A stretch of DNA of 24,092 bases from Bacteriovoracaceae bacterium (GCA_041586955.1 JBFGZE010000048.1:1-24092), one strand, 5' to 3'; counted from the first letter of the stretch, positions 8,467 to 17,107 are shown. Numbers and translations: made by a program. The notes: a model not told the origin generated them from the sequence alone.

Positions 8467-9120
8467 CTAGGCCACTGCTCTTTGGATATCATTGAGCATT
8501 TGCTGAGAAAAAGATTCCAGCTCACCCAATAATTCTTCATTTTTTCTACCATATTGATTAAAAAACCATACCGCAGGAATCGCTGCTGCTAAACCAATCG
8601 CGGTGGCAACGAGGGCCTCAGCAATACCGGGTGCGACAGCATCAAGAGAGGCCCCACCAGAGGCCAGGCCAGTAAAGGAATTAATAATTCCCCAAACCGT
8701 TCCAAAAAGCCCAATGAAAGGAGAAATTGACCCGATTGAGGCCAATAATGACATCGAGTGCTCCATTTCATTTTGAACCATTGCTGTTGCTTTTTTAATA
8801 GACCGTTCCATGGATTGAATAAGAAAAGGAGAATTGAGATTATGACCCCATTTTTGATATTCGCTAGTGACCTCATCAAAAATAGTTTTATAGGGACAAT
8901 CATCGATATGACAGTCTTCTGCGTTTTTAAAATTAAAGTGATTACGATACCAAGTAAGGAAATCGATATTAGTCTTAGCTAAGCGCTTATAGTTTTTGGA
9001 TTTAAAATAAATAACTGTCCATGAAACGACAGAACCTAATACTAAGAACCCAATCACTAATTTAACGACAAGTCCCGCGTCTAAAAGAATACGCCATATA
9101 TCCATTTGGCCAGCTTCCAT
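8467..9120 (-). CDS. tolQ: TolQ/ExbB proton channel subunit
   Basis: SPFIGLFGTVWGI and VAPGIAEALVATAIGLAAAIPA. Start set at ATG 9120 behind GGAGG rather than 9138. Confidence 0.92.
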   Translation of the reverse strand: MEAGQMDIWRILLDAGLVVKLVIGFLVLGSVVSWTVIYFKSKNYKRLAKTNIDFLTWYRNHFNFKNAEDCHIDDCPYKTIFDEVTSEYQKWGHNLNSPFLIQSMERSIKKATAMVQNEMEHSMSLLASIGSISPFIGLFGTVWGIINSFTGLASGGASLDAVAPGIAEALVATAIGLAAAIPAVWFFNQYGRKNEELLGELESFSQQMLNDIQRAVA

Positions 9121-9154
9121 ATATTCCTCCCTAAACATACTAAATTGTTTTTAC

Positions 9155-9163
9155 ATTATAACA
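9155..9163 (-). promoter_or_regulatory. Extended -10 promoter element for tolQRAB
   Basis: Minus strand TGTTATAAT (TGn plus perfect TATAAT), about 35 nt upstream of the tolQ start. Confidence 0.55.
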
Positions 9164-9181
9164 TCTGAACTAGGTTATCGA

Positions 9182-9982
9182 CTAGATGGTACTCTCTCTT
9201 TCTCTTTTTGCCATATAAACTTGAGAGAGAAGTAAGGTTAAAAGAGGTCCGAGCCATAAATAGTTCGTTCGCACTTGAATGATTTGGCCGATATTTTGAT
9301 TAAAGGGATCAAATCCGGCAAAGGCGGCAAGAGGCCCAAGGACCAGTATAACAAGGCTTAATGGCGTAAATATATTGACTCTCACCTTTAACCGCAGCCA
9401 GAGCAATAGTAATAGATTAAAACCAAGATAAAAACTATTGGGCGTCAATAGCCAATTAAAATGATGAGAAAAGGTCATTAAAAGAAAGAAGCCTGCATAA
9501 TTGATCCATTTAGCGCTGCTCTTGATTGGTCGTCGCTGTAAAACTGCTCCCAATACTAAAAGATCGACTAAATAATAAATGATAACACCGAGTAAAGACT
9601 TGCCACCAGACCAAATTGAAAACTCTTGCCAATTATCCGTAGGCCTTGGTGCCAAAAAGACCCATAAAAAGCTAACGGCGAAAACTATAATTAAAAAAAA
9701 GGTGCCTCGGGGTTGATAAAAACAACGACGCCAAAACTTTTTAAAAACGCTGTAGCTATGATTGCCTAAATTAATAGAATACCAAAAAATATAAAAGGCC
9801 ATTAATTTGGATAATGAAATAATCATCCAACGGTTTTGAAGATGCCATTGCTCCAAATCTTCAAGGCCGTGCCCTAAATGAAAGTGAAAAAAATTACAAA
9901 AAGCACAAAGTCCTAAATTGATTCCCACCGACAAAAGTAGGTAGAAGCTAAACATGAAACAAGGGGTTAAAAATCTTATCAT
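9182..9982 (-). CDS. Polytopic membrane protein, possibly a degenerate CPBP (Abi/CAAX protease) homologue
   Basis: About 7-8 hydrophobic segments. The C-terminal half resembles CPBP layout but lacks EExxxR and HxxxN. The CDS is well supported; the family call is weak. Confidence 0.6.
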   Translation of the reverse strand: MIRFLTPCFMFSFYLLLSVGINLGLCAFCNFFHFHLGHGLEDLEQWHLQNRWMIISLSKLMAFYIFWYSINLGNHSYSVFKKFWRRCFYQPRGTFFLIIVFAVSFLWVFLAPRPTDNWQEFSIWSGGKSLLGVIIYYLVDLLVLGAVLQRRPIKSSAKWINYAGFFLLMTFSHHFNWLLTPNSFYLGFNLLLLLWLRLKVRVNIFTPLSLVILVLGPLAAFAGFDPFNQNIGQIIQVRTNYLWLGPLLTLLLSQVYMAKRERESTI

Positions 9983-9995
9983 GACCTAAACTTAA

Positions 9996-10919
9996 TTAAA
10001 GACGTTGATATTCCTTCGCCTTTGGCCGCAGCCATTCTAGCTGCAACTCCGGCGAAGGGTAAATTCTCAAATATTTTTGGTATAAAATATTATTCTTAAC
10101 TAATTCATCAATTTTGTTGAGCATTTTAAAATAGGTATTCCAAATTTTCATATCACTACGAAAGAGAGCACTGACTTTTTTAGTTACATCAAATTGCACT
10201 TTAAAATCAAAGCCTTTATCAAAAATCAGATCATCATACCTTTTCAAAAGCTCATTGATCACCTTTTTATTGAAAGTCTTTTCCTTAAAGAAGTTACGCC
10301 CTTCCAATTGGACAACCTCTTTAGTGCTTACCTTTTGTTTAAAATACTCCCCATCTGCCCTCAAGATATCTTCTAATAAAATAATCGATATTTCGAGTTT
10401 GGATAAATCAAGAGTTCGGATAAATGGTAATGAAATGACCAATAGATAATCATTTTTACCTGCAGGAAGAGCAAAATGAGAAACATCTGGGGAATTAAGA
10501 ACAAGGATGCGAAAACGCTTTTCATAAAGTCCCATTTTTTCTAAGAACCGGGCAAATGATTTCTCTAGGCCATAATCGGGTTTTTTAAAATCCCACTTTA
10601 AAATGGCGGCATTTTTAACCAACCAATATTCAGAGACAAAAGACCAAAAATCATCTCCCTCGGGAATATTATATCGATCTTTTTTAATCAAAAGGCTCTT
10701 ATTAAAGGCCTTCTTAATAACTTTTTCTTTTTTCTTGGCATTCTCTCCCAGCATATCGTTGCTAAGAACCTTTTTTATTTTTTTGAAATCGAGGACTTCT
10801 GACTCTAATGCCTTTTTCTCCAAACCTTCCTTATCAAGAAGGTCTTTTTTAGATTCAACAGCAAATAAAGGAGAGAGCATAAAGGCCAATAAGAATAAGT
10901 GTCTCGAAAATAATACCAT
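9996..10919 (-). CDS. Secreted M48-peptidase-like protein lacking HExxH
   Basis: Signal peptide; FRILVLNSPDVSHFALPAG..LVISLPFIRTLDLSKLEISIILLEDILR and YPSPELQLEWL parallel the M48 NAFALPGG, ELAAVLAHEIGH and HPxxxxR segments. Confidence 0.65.
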   Translation of the reverse strand: MVLFSRHLFLLAFMLSPLFAVESKKDLLDKEGLEKKALESEVLDFKKIKKVLSNDMLGENAKKKEKVIKKAFNKSLLIKKDRYNIPEGDDFWSFVSEYWLVKNAAILKWDFKKPDYGLEKSFARFLEKMGLYEKRFRILVLNSPDVSHFALPAGKNDYLLVISLPFIRTLDLSKLEISIILLEDILRADGEYFKQKVSTKEVVQLEGRNFFKEKTFNKKVINELLKRYDDLIFDKGFDFKVQFDVTKKVSALFRSDMKIWNTYFKMLNKIDELVKNNILYQKYLRIYPSPELQLEWLRPKAKEYQRL

Positions 10920-10922
10920 TTC

Positions 10923-11336
10923 TTACCTCAGTTTTGACTTGCCTTGTATATAGAGATCATTAAGACGACCCCAATAATAAGATTCGGTAATATCAACTTC
11001 CATTTGATCAAAAAAACGGGGAAAGCGGTCCTGAAAACAATCGACCTTTGAAGAGCTAACATAATCTTTATTTATATAACCACGATAAGGTCCTACTTTA
11101 ACGAAATGCCACTTATCGGAGAAGATCAGCTCCTCTTTTTTTCCGCTTACTTTTGCCAAGACTTTAACAGGGTGATTACAGGCGATGGTTGTTAAACTCT
11201 GTGAATAGCGAGAAGCGTTGCGATGAATATGGCCAAAAATCTTATTAAAGTAGCCAATTTGCACGACACGAGTCTTGTCCATGGCAGGAAGATGGGCCTG
11301 CCCAAATAAAAGAAATAAGATCAAAATTCTTTTCAC
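10923..11336 (-). CDS. Secreted bacterial SH3 (SH3b-like) domain protein
   Basis: Start re-called at GTG 11336, 1 nt after the lapB stop, giving signal peptide VKRILILFLLFGQAHLPA. HIHRNASRYSQSLTTI...VKVL...WHFVKVGPYRGYINKDYVS fits an SH3b pattern; three Cys-containing segments are not all paired by eye. Confidence 0.65.
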   Translation of the reverse strand: MKRILILFLLFGQAHLPAMDKTRVVQIGYFNKIFGHIHRNASRYSQSLTTIACNHPVKVLAKVSGKKEELIFSDKWHFVKVGPYRGYINKDYVSSSKVDCFQDRFPRFFDQMEVDITESYYWGRLNDLYIQGKSKLR

Positions 11337-11337
11337 C

Positions 11338-12588
11338 CTAAACCTTCCATCTAAATTGAATCGTTTCCCATTCATGGCATTGAGGACAACGCCAAAAGAT
11401 TTCATCAGAATTATAGCCACAATTGGAGCAAAAATGTTTTGTTAATGATTGATTAAGCCCGTCAAGAAAATCTTTGGTTTGTGATAAAGCGTCATCAATT
11501 TTATTATTTTCTATTAATAATTTAATATATTCGGCCTTTAAGACATCAGAAATATTTTTGCGACCCGAAATCCACTTTTGAAATGTTTCATACGCTTCAT
11601 GGGTCTTCCCTTCCTCTTTTAAAAGGCGAATCTTAGAAAGAATCACCGAAGATGAATCCATAAGATCGAGATCGTTTAATTTCAAAAAGTATTCTTTTAA
11701 TAATTTAAGACGTAATTGATATTCTTCCCGTACTTCTTGACTCATTTTTGAATTGGCAACCAATGACTCAAAAACAAAGGAGGTATACATGGGGTTTTCT
11801 TTTAATAATTCCAATAATACTTGCTCGGCTTCCTCCATATCCCCTTTCTGTAAAACTAAGCGCAAACGTAATATTTTGGCGGAGACGGAGGGGGCATAGC
11901 GAAAAGCATCATCTAACTCTTCATAGGACTTTTGATAATCACCCTTTTCAAATAAACGCCGTGCCTTTTGAACTAAAATATGACTAATCGTTTCGGCCTG
12001 ACTTTCGTGAGAGACTTTTCCCAACATGACACGGAAATTATAAGCGGCATCCCAATCTTCCACATCCTCATAAATTCGACAGAGAGAATGAACCACCTCT
12101 TCTTGGTCACGATTAATTTTAAGTACATCCTTATAAGTCTCAATGGCCTTGTCAACAAAACCACCTTTATCAAAATCAATTGCTAACTCTTTTAAAGCGC
12201 GCAGGCGCATTTCTTCAGAAATATTTTCTCGAGCAATTAAAGAGCGGTGGATACTAATGGCCTTCTCAATATCGCCATTACTGCGAAATAGCCCCCCGAG
12301 GGCAAAATAAGTATCAATGGTCTCTCTATTAATATCAACGGCGTTAAGAAATTCACGAATCGCCAAATCCTTATTACCAGAAATGAGGTATTGTGTGGCA
12401 TTAAGAAATACTCGAGACTGGGCCTCAAAAATCGAATTACGATAACGCTTTGATAACTTGACACCGGTATCTTTCTCAATCAAATAATGATAAAAAAGAA
12501 CGACAGTCACTCCTACTGCAATGATAGAGAGAAGATGGCCTTGCAACCAAGGTAGTGAATGTTGAAACCAAGTTATTAATACATCCAT
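11338..12588 (-). CDS. lapB: Lipopolysaccharide assembly protein B (TM anchor, TPR repeats, rubredoxin domain)
   Basis: ALGGLFRSNGDIEKAISIHRSL, TPR repeats, C-terminal CSNCG...WRCPQCHEWETI. Confidence 0.92.
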   Translation of the reverse strand: MDVLITWFQHSLPWLQGHLLSIIAVGVTVVLFYHYLIEKDTGVKLSKRYRNSIFEAQSRVFLNATQYLISGNKDLAIREFLNAVDINRETIDTYFALGGLFRSNGDIEKAISIHRSLIARENISEEMRLRALKELAIDFDKGGFVDKAIETYKDVLKINRDQEEVVHSLCRIYEDVEDWDAAYNFRVMLGKVSHESQAETISHILVQKARRLFEKGDYQKSYEELDDAFRYAPSVSAKILRLRLVLQKGDMEEAEQVLLELLKENPMYTSFVFESLVANSKMSQEVREEYQLRLKLLKEYFLKLNDLDLMDSSSVILSKIRLLKEEGKTHEAYETFQKWISGRKNISDVLKAEYIKLLIENNKIDDALSQTKDFLDGLNQSLTKHFCSNCGYNSDEIFWRCPQCHEWETIQFRWKV

Positions 12589-12592
12589 ATTT

Positions 12593-13540
12593 TTATTTTG
12601 CCATCATCATTGGTGTATTATTGAAGCTCAGTAGTTTGATAAATTGATTCACCTTAGTAATGGATTCATCAAAATTCTCAACAACTTTCCAAAAATTAGA
12701 CTTCTTTTTCTTTTTGATAAACTTCAGGCCAAACTCACCTTTAAGCTTCAGATCCTTATGAATGGCCCGGCCAGCGCCCCATAGGCCCATGACCTCATCA
12801 ACTAAACCTAATTTTTGTGCCTGTTCTCCTGAGAAAATTTGCCCTTGGGCCAAGTCGTTAATATTACCTTTAATCTTACCTTTTCTCAGTACCATAATAT
12901 CGCGAATAAATTGTTGATGAACACCGGCAATGGTATTATCAAGAAGATCCCTCTCCTCTTGAGTCATCTCTTTATTAGGATGACCGATATCTTTATACTT
13001 TCCGGCCTTCACATTAACTTGCTTGACCTTGGCCATCTCATATAATTTTGAAAAATCCATAAATTGCATAATAACTCCAATTGATCCAGTAATCGTACCA
13101 GCATTGGAATAGATTTTACGCGCTCCCGCCCCTAAATAATAACCACCACTGGCCGCAACAGAAGCGAAGCTGGCATAAATAGGCTTACCTTTGGCACCTT
13201 GGCTTTTATCGTACTCACTATCAATTCGTCTCATCTCTTCGTAAATTTCTTGAGTTGGTCCTACCGCACCACCAGGAGAATTAATCCGCAAAATAATGGC
13301 CTTGGTTTCATCATCTTTTTCTGCAATATGTAATAATTCAACCAACGTTTTGGATTCCATAATGACACCCTCAACTTCGACCACGGCAATTGACTTATCC
13401 CCATTCACCATTTGAGCGACATCATTTTCACTTTTGAATATCTTCATCGTATAGGCCGAAAAGACAAGTAGCGCCATAAATAGAAAGAAAATGACCAGCA
13501 AAATAGCGAAGACCACTGAGTTATTACTTTTTTCCGACAT
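12593..13540 (-). CDS. sppA: Signal peptide peptidase SppA (S49, 36K type)
   Basis: N-terminal TM, LRINSPGG, AASGGYY (catalytic Ser), TITGSIGV, GKYKD, GLVDE. Confidence 0.95.
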   Translation of the reverse strand: MSEKSNNSVVFAILLVIFFLFMALLVFSAYTMKIFKSENDVAQMVNGDKSIAVVEVEGVIMESKTLVELLHIAEKDDETKAIILRINSPGGAVGPTQEIYEEMRRIDSEYDKSQGAKGKPIYASFASVAASGGYYLGAGARKIYSNAGTITGSIGVIMQFMDFSKLYEMAKVKQVNVKAGKYKDIGHPNKEMTQEERDLLDNTIAGVHQQFIRDIMVLRKGKIKGNINDLAQGQIFSGEQAQKLGLVDEVMGLWGAGRAIHKDLKLKGEFGLKFIKKKKKSNFWKVVENFDESITKVNQFIKLLSFNNTPMMMAK

Positions 13541-13613
13541 TTTTACTCCATAATAAATATATTTATAGATCTCTATTATAACCTTTTCCTCACCTAAAGC
13601 CCAATGACTTCCT

Positions 13614-13641
13614 TAAAGCAAATTAAAAATTACGCCGATAT
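13614..13641 (+). promoter_or_regulatory. Sigma-28 (FliA)-like promoter
   Basis: TAAA(13614-13617)-N16-GCCGATAT(13634-13641), 33 nt upstream of ATG 13675; consensus is TAAA-N15-GCCGATAA. Confidence 0.55.
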
Positions 13642-13674
13642 AGTTCAAGGAGACTTCTCAAACAGGAGATCAAA

Positions 13675-13944
13675 ATGATCAAGTATTCTATCATTATTGC
13701 TATGGCCGCCACACTCTCCCCCGTTTATGGGGTCGATACCTATAAAGCGCCCAAGTTTAAATTACCTCAAACTCCGAAGGCCGTACGTCCACATAAAGAA
13801 GAGTGGGAATCTCCCGTTTATCAAGTTGAAGAGAATGAGCAAAGTGAAGAAAGAAGGGGCCCTTCCTCTTCCCCTAAGAATAAATTAGAAAAACCCAAGC
13901 CCTGGAAATTTCAAAATCACCTTGGCCCAGCTAAGAAAGAATAA
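13675..13944 (+). CDS. Small secreted hypothetical protein (89 aa)
   Basis: RBS AGGAG, Sec-type signal peptide MIKYSIIIAMAATLSPVYG, Pro/Lys/Glu-rich mature part; fills the gap between sppA and rlmN. Confidence 0.75.
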   Translation: MIKYSIIIAMAATLSPVYGVDTYKAPKFKLPQTPKAVRPHKEEWESPVYQVEENEQSEERRGPSSSPKNKLEKPKPWKFQNHLGPAKKE

Positions 13945-13969
13945 TGGTGTTTTTCAAAGTGATCAATCC

Positions 13970-15043
13970 CTAGGGATTTGACCAAAGATTAATTTGATCC
14001 ATTTCTGATTTTAATTGGCCGCAGGCGGCTAAAATATCATCGCCTTTGGTACTACGTACCGTGCACACAAAACCTCTTTGCAATAATTGCTCTTTAAACC
14101 AATCTACCGTTTTGGCACTGGGTCTTTTAAAGGCGGATTCTGGGTATTCATTAAAAGGAATGAGATTGACCTTCGATTCGCTCTTGGTCAATAATTGGCA
14201 TAAACCAGCGATGTCTTCCGGCCGATCATTAAGATCTCTAATCAAAAGATATTCATAAGTAATCCGGCGATGGGCCTTTAAAGGAACTTTTTTAATCGCC
14301 TCAAAAAGGCGATTGAGGTCATAAGCTTTATTGATCGGCATGAGCTCACTACGGATATCATTGTGAGCAGCGTGCAATGAGATGGCAATATTAACAGGAG
14401 GAAAATCCCATAATTTTTCAATCTGGGGCACTAGGCCCGAGGTGGAGAGCGTGATCTTGCGCTGGCCAAGACCTATCCCCTTTTCTTCAAGAAAAACTAA
14501 AGTGGCCTTACGAACATTATCAAAATTATGAAGAGGTTCACCTTGCCCCATATAAACAATATTTGTAAGACGTTGATTTTCACCAACATGATCTTGTAGC
14601 CATTTCGTCACAGCAACAAATTGACCAACAATTTCACCGGCCTGTAGATGGCGCTTAAGTCCCATCGTACCAGTATGGCAGAAAGTACAACCGATAGCAC
14701 AGCCCACCTGGCTACTCACACATAAAGTCAGGCGATCTTTGGCCGGAATAGCGACAGTTTCAACCGTTTGCTGATCCTTCATCGCGAGAAGAAATTTACG
14801 GGTCCCATCTTGAGAAAGGCCTTGCCATACCACCTTAGGTAATTCAAAGGAGTAATTCTCCAAAAGATAGGCCTTGACCTTTTTAGAAACATTGGTCCAT
14901 TTCTCGGGATCCAATTCCCATCTTTTATAAAGCCAATTATAGACTTGATCAGCTGAAAACTTAGATAGCCCTTGGGCCACGAGAATTTCACGCATTTCTT
15001 GAATCGGTAAGGAATAAAGCGATTCCTTTGTCGGCATTTCCAA
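13970..15043 (-). CDS. rlmN: Dual-specificity RNA methyltransferase RlmN (radical SAM)
   Basis: DGTRKFL, CVSSQVGCAIGCTFC, MGQGEPL, STSG, SLHA, NLIPFN, AACGQL. Confidence 0.97.
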   Translation of the reverse strand: MEMPTKESLYSLPIQEMREILVAQGLSKFSADQVYNWLYKRWELDPEKWTNVSKKVKAYLLENYSFELPKVVWQGLSQDGTRKFLLAMKDQQTVETVAIPAKDRLTLCVSSQVGCAIGCTFCHTGTMGLKRHLQAGEIVGQFVAVTKWLQDHVGENQRLTNIVYMGQGEPLHNFDNVRKATLVFLEEKGIGLGQRKITLSTSGLVPQIEKLWDFPPVNIAISLHAAHNDIRSELMPINKAYDLNRLFEAIKKVPLKAHRRITYEYLLIRDLNDRPEDIAGLCQLLTKSESKVNLIPFNEYPESAFKRPSAKTVDWFKEQLLQRGFVCTVRSTKGDDILAACGQLKSEMDQINLWSNP

Positions 15044-15070
15044 TTGTCACCTCTTATCTGTAATGGAGGC

Positions 15071-15099
15071 AAGATACACGGCTTCTCTACCATATTCAA
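15071..15099 (-). promoter_or_regulatory. Putative sigma-70 promoter of rlmN
   Basis: Minus strand TTGAAT-N17-TATCTT, 27 nt before the start codon. Confidence 0.4.
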
Positions 15100-15162
15100 G
15101 GGGTTGGGGCGATTTCTACTGGCCGTTCACTCTATGACAAGTCTTTAATTTCAAGATATTAG

Positions 15163-15534
15163 CTATAGGTCGTCTTGGGTCGGTCTTGCCAGGAAACTAA
15201 GGGAGGTCAAATAAGACTCGAGCTTCCCGACGGTAAAAGGTTTTTTAATGATCCCGTGAAAAAGCTCACAAATATCCTGATCGACTTCCATTTCTCCAGT
15301 AATCATCAAAACCACTGTATTATCTGAGAGCTCCAATTTTTTTAATAATTGATCCGCGGTGCCATCGGGCATGCGATAATCAATGAGAATCATATCGACG
15401 GTATTATTTCGGGAAAAAGAGATAGCATCCTGATGGTTATTGAAACAATGAATTTTTCGCTGGTCATTACTAAAGAGGTCGGAGAAAAGTTCTAATAAAT
15501 CGTTTTCATCATCGATATAAATAATACTCTTCAT
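15163..15534 (-). CDS. Single-domain response regulator (receiver only)
   Basis: IDDE, phosphoacceptor IDYRMPD, ITG and KPF motifs; starts 2 nt after the kinase stop. Confidence 0.9.
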   Translation of the reverse strand: MKSIIYIDDENDLLELFSDLFSNDQRKIHCFNNHQDAISFSRNNTVDMILIDYRMPDGTADQLLKKLELSDNTVVLMITGEMEVDQDICELFHGIIKKPFTVGKLESYLTSLSFLARPTQDDL

Positions 15535-15536
15535 TC

Positions 15537-17036
15537 CTACCCCACCCGGTTTAAACGTAAAACAAAGGTCGTATTCTCGCTTTCCTCCTCGTAGTATAAA
15601 GCCCCATTATGGTCTTTCACAATGCCTAAAGAGATACTTAGGCCTAGACCTGTTCCCTCACCAACAGGCTTTGTGGTGAAGAAGGGATTAAATATTTCAT
15701 TTAAATGAGACTTTGATATACCTGCTCCCGAATCCTTCACGGAAACAAAAATATGCTGTTCTGTATCGTAGCAATGGAGCTCCACCCATTTTTCTTGCCC
15801 TGTTTTTGCCGCATCCCGAGCATTATGAATGAGGTTAACGAGAACCTGCTCAATTTCTAATTGATTGCAATAGGCCAGGGCATCTGAAGAAATCTCTGAC
15901 CTCAACTTAATGTTTAGCCGTGTAAAATTCGCGATGACTAATTGTAAACTATTTTCAACGATGTCTTTAATGGAAGTATTTCGCCTTTCATCCAACTCTG
16001 CACTACGGGAAAACTTTTTAAGCCCATCGACAATTTTACTCGTGCGATGAACAGAATCTTCAATCATATGGAGTTTTCTAGGGATCTCATCATAGCGTCC
16101 CTCGGCCAATAATTTTTCAATCAAGGTACAGGCACTACCAATAATGGCCAAAGGATTATTAATTTCGTGGGCGACCCCAGCGGCCATTTCCCCAAGAGTT
16201 GCCAACTTCGAGGCCTGAATGGCCTTGGCCTTAACGATCTCCACTTCTTCTTCAATTTTCTTTTGTTCGGTTAGGTCTTGGACGACAGACCAAATACCTT
16301 TAACACCGTCGTAATCTTCAACGACAAAACAATTTATTTGTACTGGTACGAAATACCCGTCTTTATGAATATATTCTTTGAAAAATGGTCCATAAGGGCC
16401 TGTTTTATTGATATTTTGAATTTGAGCCTCTTCATCATCTTTAAGATGATCAGGCATGAGCTCCCAATAGGTTAATCCATTAATTTCATCAGCTGTATGG
16501 CCAATAATCGCTAAGAAGTGGTTATTTACTTCAAGTAACTTGCCATCCATATTACAAAAGGCAAAACCAATTGGCGCATGTTCAAAGAGTAAACTAATTT
16601 TCTGCTGGCCAGAGAGATAGGCCTTCTCCACCCGATTCTTTTCGGTGATGTCACGGCTAATCCCCAAAACGCCCATGAGGCCAACTTTTGGATCATTCAA
16701 AGGTGTTTTGAGAGTATCCAACATCATGCGCAGACCATTTGGATAAGTCACCCATTCATCATTGCGAATGGCCTTCCCCAATTGAATCGTTTTTGCATCA
16801 TTACTTCGAAGGAAATCGGCCAACTCCTTACTAAAGAAATCATAATCCGTATGCCCGATCACGTCCTCTTTTTTACGGGCGATAAAGCGAGCGAAGGCCT
16901 CATTGCAGGCCTGATAAACACCATCATTATCTTTGAAGGAAATAAGATCGGGAATTGAGTCGATCAGACAATCTAGGAAGTCTCCCTTATTAAAGCTCAA
17001 ATTCTGCCCCCTGCGGCTAATGGCGTTATAATACAA
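15537..17036 (-). CDS. Cytoplasmic PAS-PAS sensor histidine kinase (NtrB-like); start may be TTG at 17000
   Basis: Two PAS/PAC domains, H-box MAAGVAHEINNPL, N-box QVLVNLIHNARDA, DSGAGI, FNPFFTTK, GTGLGL; no TM segment. AGGGGG precedes TTG 17000. Confidence 0.93.
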   Translation of the reverse strand: MYYNAISRRGQNLSFNKGDFLDCLIDSIPDLISFKDNDGVYQACNEAFARFIARKKEDVIGHTDYDFFSKELADFLRSNDAKTIQLGKAIRNDEWVTYPNGLRMMLDTLKTPLNDPKVGLMGVLGISRDITEKNRVEKAYLSGQQKISLLFEHAPIGFAFCNMDGKLLEVNNHFLAIIGHTADEINGLTYWELMPDHLKDDEEAQIQNINKTGPYGPFFKEYIHKDGYFVPVQINCFVVEDYDGVKGIWSVVQDLTEQKKIEEEVEIVKAKAIQASKLATLGEMAAGVAHEINNPLAIIGSACTLIEKLLAEGRYDEIPRKLHMIEDSVHRTSKIVDGLKKFSRSAELDERRNTSIKDIVENSLQLVIANFTRLNIKLRSEISSDALAYCNQLEIEQVLVNLIHNARDAAKTGQEKWVELHCYDTEQHIFVSVKDSGAGISKSHLNEIFNPFFTTKPVGEGTGLGLSISLGIVKDHNGALYYEEESENTTFVLRLNRVG

Positions 17037-17057
17037 AAGAGGTCAGTAGATGGCTAT

Positions 17058-17100
17058 AAAAAATAAAAACTTAAGAAGAATTCTATTCCTTAACTTTTTT
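17058..17100. terminator. Weak, possibly bidirectional terminator
   Basis: Imperfect AT-rich inverted repeat TTAAGAA..TTCCTTAA flanked by an A-tract and a T-tract just after the stop at 17108. Confidence 0.3.
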
Positions 17101-17107
17101 AGAGTGT

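Noticed and set aside
11337..11420. ORF-track N-terminal extension of the SH3b gene
   Set aside because: It overlaps the lapB rubredoxin domain; GTG 11336 gives a clean signal peptide.
1724..12479. Short ORF-track calls overlapping larger genes (e.g. 1724-2008, 2457-2771, 3376-3558, 5222-5437, 7167-7469, 7536-7910, 8261-8470, 8589-8903, 10603-10953, 11748-11987, 12237-12479)
   Set aside because: Antisense or off-frame shadows of well-supported genes, with no recognisable motifs.
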